From positions 2,976,001-3,040,000 of the forward strand of contig NC_043009.1 of assembly GCF_006345805.1 (NCBI RefSeq): DNA of 64,000 nucleotides, read 5' to 3'. The DNA is from Octopus sinensis. Lineage: Eukaryota. This document shows positions 14,426 to 27,060 of this stretch, piece by piece. The notes beneath the pieces are model-generated. The model had not been told where the DNA came from. It saw only the letters and a program-made list of their open reading frames with translations, and did no database searches. How positions within the stretch are numbered: the stretch's first letter is position 1; the number at the start of each line of letters is the position of its first letter. The translations under genes and the position numbers were made by a program.

Positions 14426-14596
14426 GAATTCACCTGTTTCTCCGAGAAAGAGAAAAAAATGAAGTTCTAATTACTTTTTTTTAACTAATTAACTAAACTA
14501 ATGTAGGAGTCAACGCACCTGAGATTTTTTTTTCATTAACTACAAACGTCGTTAGTAAAGATTATGAATATTTTCTCCAAGAAACAGGTGAAATTC
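14426..14596. mobile_element. Short MITE-like element with ~24-bp imperfect terminal inverted repeats
   Basis: GAATTCACCTGTTTCTCCGAGAAA at the left end; TTTCTCCAAGAAACAGGTGAAATTC at the right end. Confidence 0.4.
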
Positions 14597-14789
14597 ACAG
14601 AGGAATTCTTCTGCAATTCTAAGTGCTGTCATTAGGAAGAGTATTGAGAATGTAATGAACTACTGGTGCAACCCTAGAAACTGGGTAATCGTCTATGTAG
14701 CTACTCGGAGTGATGACTTCAATACGATTACTCTATTCAAATGACTCCGAAATTTATCTTAAAACACGTTCGGTAACACGTTCGGTATG

Positions 14790-15016
14790 TGTGTGTGTAT
14801 ATGTATGTGTGTTTGTGTTTGTCTCCCCAATATCGCTTGACAACCGATGCTGGTGTGTTTACGTCCCCGTAACTTAACGGTTCGGCAAAGAGACCGATAT
14901 AATAAGTACTAAGCTTACAAAGAATAAATCTTGGGATCGATTTGCTCGACTAAAGCCGGTGCTCCAGCATAGCCACAGTCAAATGACTGAAACACGTAAA
15001 AGAGTAAAAGAGTAAA
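14790..15016 (+). mobile_element. SINE family A, 3' half
   Basis: Matches 7490-7702. Confidence 0.8.
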
Positions 15017-15512
15017 GAATAGATTATATATTAACATATGTTACTGGCATATTTCATGTTCTAAACGGAAATACACTGCATTTACCGCGGAGAACAAATT
15101 CTCTGTTATGATCAAGCGTGTCGAACCCCAATATCTGCACAATGTTCCACACTATTAGATTCACAGACGGACATTTTGGCACTTTAGACTTTCACAATAG
15201 GAAATACCGAAGGGCGAGAACTCAGGGTAGATTCAAAGCCATAGCTTTAACTAAATGTCAGTCAACATCAGTGTATGTAGGCACTATTGGAGCATCTGGC
15301 TCAAATATTTTTAGTTATGGTAAACACAACTGGACAATTATGATGTGACTACACATTTTGCCATAACAAAGATACTTTTCTCCACGGTGACTGTTGCGAA
15401 TTTGGGGTAGAGGTTAAAATATATCACAACCACATTTGAACTCTAGCCTAAAGATCTTTAATCTTAACCATAGGTTTTCACCTTGGCGCTAATGCTGCTG
15501 TATATATATATA

Positions 15513-15550
<38 letters not shown>

Positions 15551-15554
15551 TGAG

Positions 15555-15862
15555 ACCCCCTTCGGTCACGACACAGACCATGGGATTGCACCTAGAAAGT
15601 TACCCTCCCAGGCACAAGTCCGGGCAAGGATGTTTATGGAAGACCAGCAGTCGCCCAAGCATACCGGCCTCCACTCTCCACGCCACCTGTGTTATCCAAG
15701 GGAAAGGCAAAGGGACCTATACAGCTTGACACCTGTGAACTGGAGCAACGTGATATAAAGTGTCGTGCTCAAGTACACAACACGCATCCCGGTCCGGGAT
15801 TCGAGCTCACAACCACACGATCGTAAGCTCGACGCTCTAACCTCTGAGGCATGGGCTTTCAC
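15555..15862 (-). mobile_element. tRNA-derived SINE family D
   Basis: tRNA-like head on the minus strand; homologous to 22072-22410. Confidence 0.75.
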
Positions 15863-15909
15863 ACATACACAGACACACACATATATATTCTATAATTAAA
15901 TACATAGTT

Positions 15910-16079
15910 ATAGTCAGTGGTCCGCTAATTGCTTCGCCACGCACTCAATTAGAAATATGAGCTAAATGCCTTTTCTACTACCCCACACTAACACAGTCTT
16001 TTACGTAGTAGAAAAGGCATTTAGCTCCTATTTCTAATTCAGTGCGTGGCGAAGCAATTAGCGAACTACTGATTATAAT
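15910..16079. repeat. Fold-back with ~70-bp arms, related to the 6108-6550 arms
   Basis: The arms are reverse complements and share TTTAGCTCCTATTTCTAATTCAGTGCGTGGCGAAGCAA with the 6.1-kb family (TTTGACTGCTATTTCTAAATTCGGTGTGTGGTGAGGCAA). Confidence 0.7.
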
Positions 16080-16238
16080 TATGTATATAATTATAGGATA
16101 TTTGTATAATCTTCCTAGAAAGGTTATTTTAACATACTGTCTACTTGGTAAAATTATTAATATTAATTAATTAATTGATTAATTAATTAATTTTACCCTT
16201 CTATTATATATATGTATGTATTTATTTATATATATATA

Positions 16239-16287
<49 letters not shown>

Positions 16288-16291
<4 letters not shown>

Positions 16292-16634
16292 GATGTACTC
16301 GCATAGCAAGTAATTTGATCTGAGATCGTGTGCTGAAACGAAAACAATTGCAGCGTGGAAGGTGTTTATAAGCCATTTAAGAAACACACAAAAGCCGTTC
16401 GATTCACTTCAACATTTAAGTTTAATTTGTCAAAATATTTTCGTCGCTAATATCCGCGACCTGTTCACTGACAAAGTCGTGCTGCATCTCCGAGATGCAG
16501 CACGGACTTTGTCAGTGAACAGGTCGCGGATATTAGCGACGAAAATATTTTGACAAATTAAACTTAAATGTTGAAGTGAATCGAACGGCTTTTGTGTGTT
16601 TCTTAAATGGCTTATAAACACCTTCCACGCTGCA

Positions 16635-16639
<5 letters not shown>
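16288..16639. mobile_element. Palindromic element (296-bp near-perfect palindrome plus 56-bp head) with a variant hammerhead-like motif on each strand
   Basis: Arms 16344-16490/16492-16639 with a 1-nt centre; (TA)n on both flanks; relatives at about 41810-41952 and 57679-57854. Confidence 0.8.
16508..16557 (+). ncRNA. Hammerhead-like motif with swapped G3:C8 core (mirror copy at 16426-16475, minus)
   Basis: TTTGTCA-GTGAACA-G-GTCGC(GGATATTA)GCGAC-GAAA-ATATTT-TGACAAA: stem I 7 bp, stem II 5 bp, palindromic stem III AATATT, position 17 = U. Confidence 0.6.
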
Positions 16640-16699
<60 letters not shown>

Positions 16700-17724
16700 C
16701 TGCACGTATGTATATATATATATATATATATTAATATGCGTGTGTGTGTATATACATGTATGTAGATATATATGTATGAATGTATATATATTTGTATATA
16801 TACATATGTGTGTGTGTATGTGTGTATACATGTATGTATGTATACATATGCACGCGTTTGTGTATAATCCATTTGCACTGTAATATATCTACTATAAAAA
16901 CATACCCATATATAATGTTTGTTAAAGTGCGTACATCGAACTCATACTTCTGAAGAATTCGGATGGCAACCTTCATCTATTTTGTATTAGTCAGGTGAAC
17001 TTATTTCAGTTGCGTTTCCGCCAACCAATATTTGCTTTACTCGATGTTATATACATATTTGTGGAAAATATTTCTTGCCTGAAGCTAAAATATTCTTGGA
17101 TCTCAAGCTTATGTATCTACCATATAAAAGTAAAACATATTTTCAAATACAATTTGCTTGTAGTCAGTGAAGTTTTGGTGAAATTCATATAACCAAAATA
17201 CGATTTAACTGCGTACATGGAATAAATCCTCGTACTTTACGACCTAGTTTTTATTGACGTTTAGGTACATATTCAAGTATTTATTTTGAAATATACTATG
17301 GCTGAAATGCTAGAAAATGTACAAACGAATGTGTAAATTCTTTTGCCAGCTTGCTAGAATGTTGTCTATTGATGTATATTCAGAGACCCCTAAGTGAAAC
17401 TAACCTAAAATATTTAAACTCAGCTTCAAAAAGCTATGAATCATTGCTTTTAAGATGAGGTTTCTTTATGTGAAATTATGAAATACACTTTTGAATTTAC
17501 ATCATATTGAACATTGAAACACTTGCATAAGTATGTATGCATACAGATACACACAGACACAGACACATACACAGACACAGTCACATACACAGACAGACAC
17601 ACACATATTTTATATATTACATATATTCATATATTCACACAGACACATATATATATACATATATATATATGTGTGTATAGATATATATGTATGTATATAT
17701 ATATATGTACATACACACACACAC

Positions 17725-17777
<53 letters not shown>

Positions 17778-17934
17778 ATACAGTGTACATTTAAACACAT
17801 TAAGCGGTATCCATCATAGGACTTCCTTACGCTAGAAGGAACAGCTAAATTTCGGTGGATTTGAAAAATTAAAATGTATAAGCAAGAGGCATATGTTAGA
17901 TTCGCCTCGTGCTTATATGTTTAATCTTGGCATA

Positions 17935-18010
17935 CCTGCTGATGAAGACTTCGCCGGGAAATTTATGTTATTTGCAAAAAAAAAAAAAAAGGCTGAAACC
18001 ATGATCCAGG
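17935..18010 (+). ncRNA. Degenerate type I hammerhead
   Basis: CCTG-CTGATGA-AGAC...GGCT-GAAAC-CATG-ATC-CAGG; single mismatches in stems II and III. Confidence 0.55.
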
Positions 18011-18459
18011 AAATAGATGGTAAATGTTTTTTTTAGTTTTTATTTTTCATTCCCTTCGAGATTTTATCCCTAATTAGTGCTTTGAACTTCAGCTGTTACT
18101 TCTAGCGAAAGGGAGTCCTATGATGGATGCCTCTTTTGGATTTTGAATTTTCTTGTCTCTCTGCTTGTCTGTGTGTCTGTTCCCTATGCATTCTCAAACA
18201 ACTCGAACAAATCAAATCACATGTTACCAGGTAATTGTATCAGCCCCTGTGATTGTCAAGATGTAATTTTTTTTCGATTGGATTAAAATTATATAGAATT
18301 GGTACTGGTTCGGATTACGTGTCAAATGTGAAAGAATAGCATATAATATAATATTGTTTCACTTTTATTCTCTCACGTAGATTATTGCCATCAAGTCTGC
18401 TGTCAGTGTTTTGGTTAATGTACTGCTATACTGAGTAGTATTACTAATTATAATATGGT

Positions 18460-18752
18460 AGACTCTCCAGTCGAAGACGATGTATGAGCGTTCCCCTTTT
18501 GCAGAACAACCTGCTCCAATGATTTGTTTACAGTGATCAGATATATATGCTCTACATTAACAATACATTAACTCACACTCTCTCTCAAATCTATGTTGCT
18601 TAAACAGGTGCACGAAGTACCACACGACTGGTGTTGAAGCGATCGTAGCACAACATGAGATGAAATGCTTTCCTTAAGGACACAACGCATCACTTCGTCT
18701 AGGAATTGAAACCACGATCTCGAGATCTAACCACTAGGCCATACGTCCTCAT
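18460..18752 (-). mobile_element. Diverged tRNA-derived SINE
   Basis: The minus strand shows a tRNA-like head and a GTTGTGTCCTTAAGGAAAGCATTTCAT central motif like families C and D. Confidence 0.55.
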
Positions 18753-19459
18753 ATTTGTATAATATACACAGCAAATATTGCACAAATCGCGATAGACCGA
18801 AGTATATATAATTTTTGTCTACGTACGTTTCACTGACTGTGGGGGGGGGGGATTAGATGTGCCAAGTGATCCGAGGAAGCCTACCATATGACTCGGGAAG
18901 GTATTTCATCTGTTGCTTTTTACACACACACACACGCACACACACGCTCACAAACGCACACGCACACACACATATATGTATATATATATCTCCATAAATG
19001 TGTATATATATGAATATGTGTGTATGTATGTATGTATCTGTTGCATCCTGCATCCCCAGTGTCGTGGTACCGCCATCATATTGTGACGGATGGTTTTGAT
19101 ATATTGTATCAATGTTTTAACAGTAAACAAAATTATTCCGATGCAGTTGTAATAACAACGTAACGATCGAAGAATCTCTTCAGGAACCACCAATCAATAT
19201 TCCAAACGAACTAACCAACCGACACCTTCCGAATTCACTGCGAACTCAACTCGAACTAACACATAAATTATCCTCCGACCGATAGTATGTATAATCGCTC
19301 GGTCCAGTCTATTACTTTCTCGCAAGGAGGCGCCGTGACTCTCATCACAACAGCAAGTATGTATGTATGTATGTATGTATGTATGTATGTATGTATGTAC
19401 GCCTCTATCTCTCTATCTATCTATCTATCTATCTAACTATCTATCTATCTATCTATCTA

Positions 19460-19502
<43 letters not shown>

Positions 19503-20543
19503 CTACGTGCTTGTGTGTATTTCTATATTCATGTATAATGTGTGTATCTGTATTTATATACTTATATACGCATTTTGATTGCGTGTAAATATGATAACAT
19601 ATAATTTTTTTTAAATGCAAGTTCAGCGATATATCTTCCGCTTGATTTATAGAAAAAAAGACACCGAATTAAACTAATCTATTGTGTTGATTGAGAAAAG
19701 GAACCCCATGCTAATGTTTTCGATATCCAGAGCAAAATTCATGAGAAATGTTGACCACACACAGAGGGAAATTCTGTAAATATTTCTTTGTTCTGCGCAG
19801 CATGAAATACCCACATGCTTATAGATATTATTGAATATTCAAGAATGTTTAAGAATATTCAAATACCAGTTCATTTCCTTTTATTAAGTAACCGCTGAAA
19901 CATTAAATTCTTATTTTGTTACTCGGTGCAATGAATAAATAAGTAGGCGACTATCCTATGCTTTAATACTTTCTTGACATTATCCCACACATTTGGAATA
20001 AAATCTTTGTTTGCTATTTGCATTGGATCACAAATTTATATTTTCCATAGAATTTGTATATTAAAGTCGACACTCCATTTGACACTATGTTTATTGTGCC
20101 GATAATTGTTAAAACCGACCAGTACAGTCATCATAATTTTGCTTTATTACGAAATTAACATCATATAATAACCTTTTCTACAAACTGGATTAAGATAATA
20201 TGTATTGGGAACATGAAATAAAAATATGTTTTATAGATATAGCAGTGACAACGTTTACTATAATTTCAAACTGCGGATGTGATTTTATAAAGGGTCTGTA
20301 AAATATAGAAATTCCGATCTATTGACTCTGATTAAATGAGAGTTTGAATTACTTTTTTTTTCGGTGATAACCTGTCTTTGAAAGAAATATAAATGCGAAA
20401 TATTTTGCAGTATAATCTTTAATTTTTCGTAATATCATTTTGCTCGTGCAAACGACTAACCCCCACCCACCAAGACACATACAAACACACACGTGTAATC
20501 ACACACATATGCACATACATACGCACATATGTATATATACATG

Positions 20544-21455
20544 CACAGATTATCCATAAATTACCTTTATAGTGTAAACAATACAGAAAAATAAATATGA
20601 ACCATGGATAACTCGGTGGAGTTTCATGAGAAACGTAGGTAAATTTTTATAAACATCAGATCACTGCCCTATTGGCTCCATTGGTTGCATATATCACTTC
20701 CAGGCGATGCTGAATTTCAGACCATGTGCGATAGAGCATCCCCTCATCAATGCTGGATATAGCTTGACATATTTTCTCCTTGAAATAATTGAGGCCTTGA
20801 AATATTTTGTACGAAAATCACTGTCATTAATGTAGCCATATAAGAATTCTAGAGGGCTTATATGTGGCGACTGAGGGGACCAGAGAACTGAACCGGTCTT
20901 CCGATGCACCGATCTGTCATTTGTCACAAGTACAGGAAAATTTGCACTGTATAAGCGTAAACCATGAAGGTCTTGTGCTAAACTTCTGGTGACCGCGGTA
21001 AACTTAACCATCTAATTTCAGTACGAATGGACTTAGTTGAACTCCGATAAAACCCCGCACAAATTCGCTCAAAGTCTTCCACTAATGTTCTCGATCGAGA
21101 AGTCTCTGCTTTCTGTAAAGCACTTTCTATCTCCATCAATTTCTTATGCCTGGCACGGATGGTAACACGAATTGGTGGTTCTTTTCCATACTGTGTACGG
21201 TAACTTCGTTGGAACCGAGCGTCTGATTTGCTCTTTAAGAACCAGAACAAAAACAACTCTTCAACTGTGGAGTTATCATTTCCGTTAACAGATAAACATT
21301 TTTAAAGACAAACAGAAGAGTCTTTTATAACAAAATAAAGTACGCAAGTTAAAACTTTAATACTATTTACTTAACTTACGTATAAATAAATTGATGGAAC
21401 TTTATAGATACAATATATATAAAAAGTTATGAAGATAATTTACTGACAAGCTGTG
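20544..21455 (-). mobile_element. Internally deleted Tc1/mariner element (rosa/maT-type)
   Basis: Frameshifted ORFs give SDARFQRSYRTQYGKEPP...(HTH), WSPQSPHISPLEF (cf. WPPRSPDITPLDF) and WSEIQHRLEVIYATNGA. Imperfect ~28-bp TIRs lie at 20544-20571 and 21428-21455. The catalytic domain is deleted, so the subfamily cannot be fixed. Confidence 0.8.
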
Positions 21456-21462
21456 AGTGTAT

Positions 21463-21781
21463 GGAGCACTCCGTCGGTTGTGACGACGGGGGTCCCAGGT
21501 GATACGATCAACGGAACAGCTTGCTCGTGAAATTAACGTGTAAGTGGCTGAGCACTCCACAAATACCTGTACCCTTAACGTAATTCTCGGGGAGATTCAA
21601 CGTGACACAGTGTTTGACAAGTCTGGCCATTTGAAATACAGGTACTACTCATTATTGCCACCTGAGTGGACTGGTGCAACGTAAGTGTCATGCTCAAGGA
21701 CACAACGCGCCGCCGGGAATTGAACTCACGGCCTTACGATCATGAGCCGAATGCCCCTAACCGCTAAGCCACGCGCCTTCA
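21463..21781 (-). mobile_element. tRNA-derived SINE family C with 12-bp TSD
   Basis: tRNA-like head GTGAAGGCGCGTGGCTTAGCGGTTAGG...GAGTTCAATTCC; CTGTGAGTGTAT is duplicated at 21451-21462 and 21782-21793. Confidence 0.85.
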
Positions 21782-22071
21782 CTGTGAGTGTATACTTACA
21801 CACACACACACATATACGCACCTGTATCTATGTATAATTTAGGCATTTTATTTAAAAATACTTATTATTTTATCCACCAGAAATGCGATAAAGCATTTCC
21901 TTCCTTATATGAGTGACGAATCTTACCATAATTTGAAATCGTGTATGCAGTTCAAAAAGACTTGAGAAAGAATATGAAATCTATACGTTTCAGCCAATGC
22001 TGTCTGTAATGAGCACAGCGAAAACACTGTGTCGTTATATACGATATTTTCATTATATACTATATACGTTG

Positions 22072-22410
22072 TGAAGTCTGCATGGGTCAGTGGTTAGAGC
22101 ATAAGGCTTACACTCATTAGGTAGTGTGTTCGATTCGCAGACAGAGCTGTGTGTCATGCAGGACACATTTTTGCACTTTGCACTAGTTCACTCAGCTGTA
22201 GAAATGAGTTGTGACGTCACTGGTGGCAAGCTGTATTGGACTTTGTCTTTCCCTTGGATAACATCAGTGTCGTCGAGGATGGGGAGGCTGGGTGGCATGG
22301 GTGACTGCTGATCTTCGATAAACAATTTTGCCCGGAGGTGTGCCACCGAGAGGAAATGTTCTAGGTGCCGTCTCATGGTCATGCATGACCGAAGGTGTTC
22401 TTTACTCTTT
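22072..22410 (+). mobile_element. tRNA-derived SINE family D
   Basis: Homologous to 15555-15862. Confidence 0.75.
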
Positions 22411-23209
22411 ACAATACATGGATATATAGTGGGTATTAATGCACATCTTTAAAAGAATTCTTTATCTTTTTACTTATATCTATATACATATTCATATATG
22501 CGTGTGTTTATGCGTGTTTAAATAAATAAATAAATATGTATGTTTGTGTATGCGTGCCTGTTTGTGTATGCCATGTGTGTGAGTGTGTGTGTGTGTATTT
22601 CTGTCTCTTATCTTTTACTTGCCCAAGTCATTAGGTTGCCACAAATCTGGAGCACACAATGTGTTGGCCGCATGAATCGTCCCTAGTAATTATTCTGTCG
22701 CTCTCTCTTGCCGAACTGCTATGTTACGGAGACGCAAGCAGAACAGTACCGGCTGTCAAACGGGGGAGTGGACAAACAGAAAGAAAAATACACACAGACA
22801 CGCACACACTCACACACACACACACATACTCACACACACGCTCGCACGCACACACATGCACTGAAACTGAGCCTTTCTTACCGCATAAGCGCCGCCCCTA
22901 AGCCTACAGCCACTCCTATATATATATATATATATGTATTGTTGTATTTCGGAATGGTCATTTTGCCAGTTTAGCCAGTAAAAGCACACGTACTATATAT
23001 CTGGTGTTACTTTGCTTCAGCGTTATGTATTTTTTACATTAATCTTAATCTTCTTTCGGACAGAGTTCTTTCGTTACACTCCTGTGACCTCATCAATGGT
23101 CCTTTGCTTTCTTCCTTCTTATTGGCTAAACTGGCTAAATGAGCTTTCCTAAATACAAAAATAGCTGTTTCAACACACGATTTCTCATCAAAAATCTTGC
23201 AAAACAAAC

Positions 23210-23250
<41 letters not shown>

Positions 23251-23264
23251 ATATGTGTATGTGT

Positions 23265-23342
<78 letters not shown>

Positions 23343-24657
23343 CATATATACATATACATACATACATACATACATACACACATATGTGTATATATATATA
23401 TATATATAAGCAAAAGTTTAGATTCAGATGAATTAAGTTGAGGCACCACAGTTTAGACTTAGTACGTTATTATCCATACAGTTTCAAAATAAGATTAAAA
23501 TGAAAATAAGCAACAAGGATATCCACACATCCTGTTGCTGATTTTGATTTTATATTTATATATATATATGCGTATGTATGCACTCACACATACATTTGTA
23601 AAGGGCGTCCATGCCTACTAAATAAAAGGCGTTCCTCGAAGGCACAGCAGCTCATTTCAACGTACAGGAAACAGCCAACCCCTTTCACTTCATACAATCT
23701 CCTATCGGAAATGTAGTGAAGATCGCATATGTATGAAATCCTTTTGAATGGACTCGGAGTTTGAGAACAATTGAGTAAGAACATCACAAACGAGAGGATG
23801 TGCTTCACTTGAAGGAAATGTTACTATTTGAGACAATATTTTTTACATTAAATTAATAATATGGGAGTGTACGATATATCAATGTTAGTTTGTTTAATCC
23901 GTGTTTCGCGTGCTTCCCCAAAAGTTTAACAGGTAATTTGGAAATTGGCGACACTTCCTAAAACTTAAAACCAATTCTATAATGTAACTTTGAAGAAAGG
24001 ATAATTACTATTGAACGCATACAGGAGACTCGATAAAGAAAAAGAGATAAGAGAATTACACAGCAGACATATAAATTATTAGGAATTAATGACCTAGACA
24101 GTGAACACCAGACACAAATGGAGGAGAGATTGGAAAAGAAATTTAAAGAGGCATTGAAGTAATACGTAAAGCAGTGTGAAATTGAAAAGACAAATAACGT
24201 ATTAAAAGTCAATAGTCTCGCTATTTTTGTAATATGTTATAGTATTAATATTCTCAACTGGACGCTAGGTGCGGTAGCAAGAGCAGACATTGAAATATAC
24301 AGCAAATAAAACAAAAACAGCATATAAAAATTCCATTTAAAGCGATTGTAGTGGTACAAGGATCTATTAGAATTCTGAAACAATGACCATTGTCCCCAGT
24401 CGTACTACAAATGTATTTGGCAAAGGGTAAAGAGGAAAATTATTCAAATAAATACAAAACTGGAACAAAGCAAAAACAACTATTTACCTATCTTTAATGG
24501 AACAAACAAATGCAAATGAAGAACTTGAACTTCACCAGTTAAAATATATGTCTGGACCAACCGATTACAAGAAATTAGTTTTTGCAGTTCTTGGTTATTT
24601 TATTTGAAATAATCAATCCTGAAGAATTGAAGCAGCCTGTAATGTTACAGAATAGTT

Positions 24658-25260
24658 ATTTCTTTATTGTCCACAAGGGGCTAAACATAGAGGGGACAAA
24701 CAAAGAGAGATACAGGAATTAAGTCGATTACATCGAGTACAGTGAGTAACTGGCACTTATTTAATCGATCCCGAAAGGATGAAATGCAAAGTCGACCTCG
24801 GCGGAAATTGAACTCAGAACGTAGACACAGTTGAAATACCGCTAGTTATTTCGCCCGGCGTGCTAACATTTCTTATTTCCTTATTGCCCATAAGGGGCTA
24901 AACATAAAGGGGACAGACAAAGGGATTTAGTCGATGACATCGACAACAGTGCGTAACTGGTACTTAATATATAGACCCCGAAAGGAGGAAAGGCAAAGTC
25001 AACATCGGCGGAATTTGAACTCAGAACATAAAGACAGACGAAATACCTATTTCTTTATTACTCACAAGGGGCTAAATACATAGAGGAAAACAAAGACAGA
25101 CAAACGGATTAAGCCGATTACATCGACCCCAGTGCGTAACTGATACTTAATTTATCGACCCCGAAAGGATGAAAGTCAAAGTCGACCTCGTCGGAATTTG
25201 AACTCAGAACGTAGCGGCAGACGAAATACCGCTAAGCATTTCGCCCGGCGTGTTTGCCGC
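24658..25260 (-). mobile_element. Three tandem copies of SINE family B
   Basis: Units of 175-215 bp at about 24658, 24873 and 25048, each containing CCCGAAAGGA(T/G)GAAA..CAAAGTC. Confidence 0.85.
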
Positions 25261-25269
25261 TTTTGTATT

Positions 25270-25860
25270 ATTAGTGAATATTTCATGGTTTATAATTCCA
25301 TCAACGTCAAAATATATAGAAATCTTTTTTAAATGACACCCGTGCAAATAAATATGTGTGATACTTAGATATTTCATACCCCATACAGGCTCATCATATC
25401 GAAGAATACTCTCAAGGCCCAGGCTCACCCAGCATTTTCGATACGGCTCCTATATAAGTACAATATATTTCTATCTCAATACAGGCGTAGATATTACGAT
25501 AGTATCTAACTCTGCATTTAGCTTATACAGTAATCAGTAATTAATCCCCATTCTAATTATATTACAGTGTGCAGAATATTCTAGTCAGTGTCGAAAAATA
25601 CGATCAAGAGTAGTTAATCATTGAGAGCAGATGTAACCCTGGAGTTAAGATCTAAACCTAACCGTTCAATACCACAAATGATCCGGACTCTTTTATCCAT
25701 ATTAGACACCATCTTCATATTCACTTCAATTATAACCACTGGAAATCTGGCAATAATCTACTTTATAACGTCTCCACAATCCCATTGTTTCGCTAGTAAG
25801 CCCTTAACACTAATACTATATACTGGGTTATAACATTGTATGTATATTGGACACATTTTT
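25270..25860 (-). mobile_element. Possible ancient L2/CR1-like LINE remnant
   Basis: Only LESILRYDEPVWG, resembling the RT-thumb xESILRYGxxVWG motif; many stops. Confidence 0.22.
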
Positions 25861-26059
25861 AACGGTTTACATGTTTATCAAAACTATCTGCCATGAAAAT
25901 TATAATAGAAGCGTGTGATGACGTTTTTATTAGCAGGCCAATTTGCACAAGCACGCGAGCTCGTATATAGTACATACACGAGGACATATACATACATACG
26001 CACAGACACACAGACATATATATATATTATATATATATATATATATATAGATATATATA

Positions 26060-26130
<71 letters not shown>

Positions 26131-26136
26131 TAGTCA

Positions 26137-26179
26137 CCATTGATGAGCTTTAAGTTCAAGCGAAACTACACTAGTATGG
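26137..26179 (+). ncRNA. Minimal type I hammerhead with C3U change
   Basis: CCA-TTGATGA-GCTT(TAAGTTC)AAGC-GAAA-CT(ACACT)AG-TA-TGG; perfect 4-bp stem II, 3-bp stem III, GUA site. Confidence 0.6.
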
Positions 26180-26378
26180 CGATCTCGCTCACTTTTAGAC
26201 GGTTATCTCCCCAACCGGTGCATAAGCATGTGCTTTTTGTGGCTCTAAGGGATTTTAACTGTTATTTCTAGCAATGTTGCTCCTACTCTGCGCCGTCAAT
26301 CACAACTGGTAACAACTGAATGTTTTCTTTTTGGCTTTTTATTGCGTATAACCGCCTTTCATTATATATATATATATA

Positions 26379-26530
26379 GTGACGCATAATTGCCATTTGA
26401 ATATGGCTAACCCCTAAGGGTGGATGCTACTGTACTTTGTAACCCCAGGAAGATATCTTCCTGGGGCTACAAACTACAGTAGCATCCACCCTTAGGGGTT
26501 AGCCATATTCAAATGGCAAATATGCGTCAC
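26379..26530. repeat. 152-bp near-perfect palindrome (MITE-like)
   Basis: GTGACGCATA...GGAAGATATCTTCC...TATGCGTCAC; few mismatches. Confidence 0.85.
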
Positions 26531-26581
26531 GATGTGTTACCGTTACTGTTTATAACTCGCTCTGAGATTTATCATTATATA

Positions 26582-26962
<381 letters not shown>

Positions 26963-27060
26963 ATATAGTTAGTCCAAACATGAAAACACAAAGAGAAAAC
27001 ACAACAACGCGAGGACGTGGAACAAGTATAGTATTATTGGACGCTCAGGAAAGGAAAGAA

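Noticed and set aside
15061-15400. KRKYTAFTAENKF..., faintly like a CENP-B/pogo HTH start
   Set aside because: Many stops, and no TIRs or downstream DDE motifs.
19060-19325. Possible solo LTR (TG...CA on the minus strand)
   Set aside because: No TSD or second copy in the window to support it.
24488-24636. AG/GT-bounded minus-strand segment that first looked like a coding exon
   Set aside because: On re-reading, all three frames contain stops.
24658-25260. Regularly spaced repeats that could be mistaken for CRISPR or satellite DNA
   Set aside because: Units are ~200-bp SINE copies in a eukaryotic context, with no short repeat/unique spacer pattern and no cas genes.
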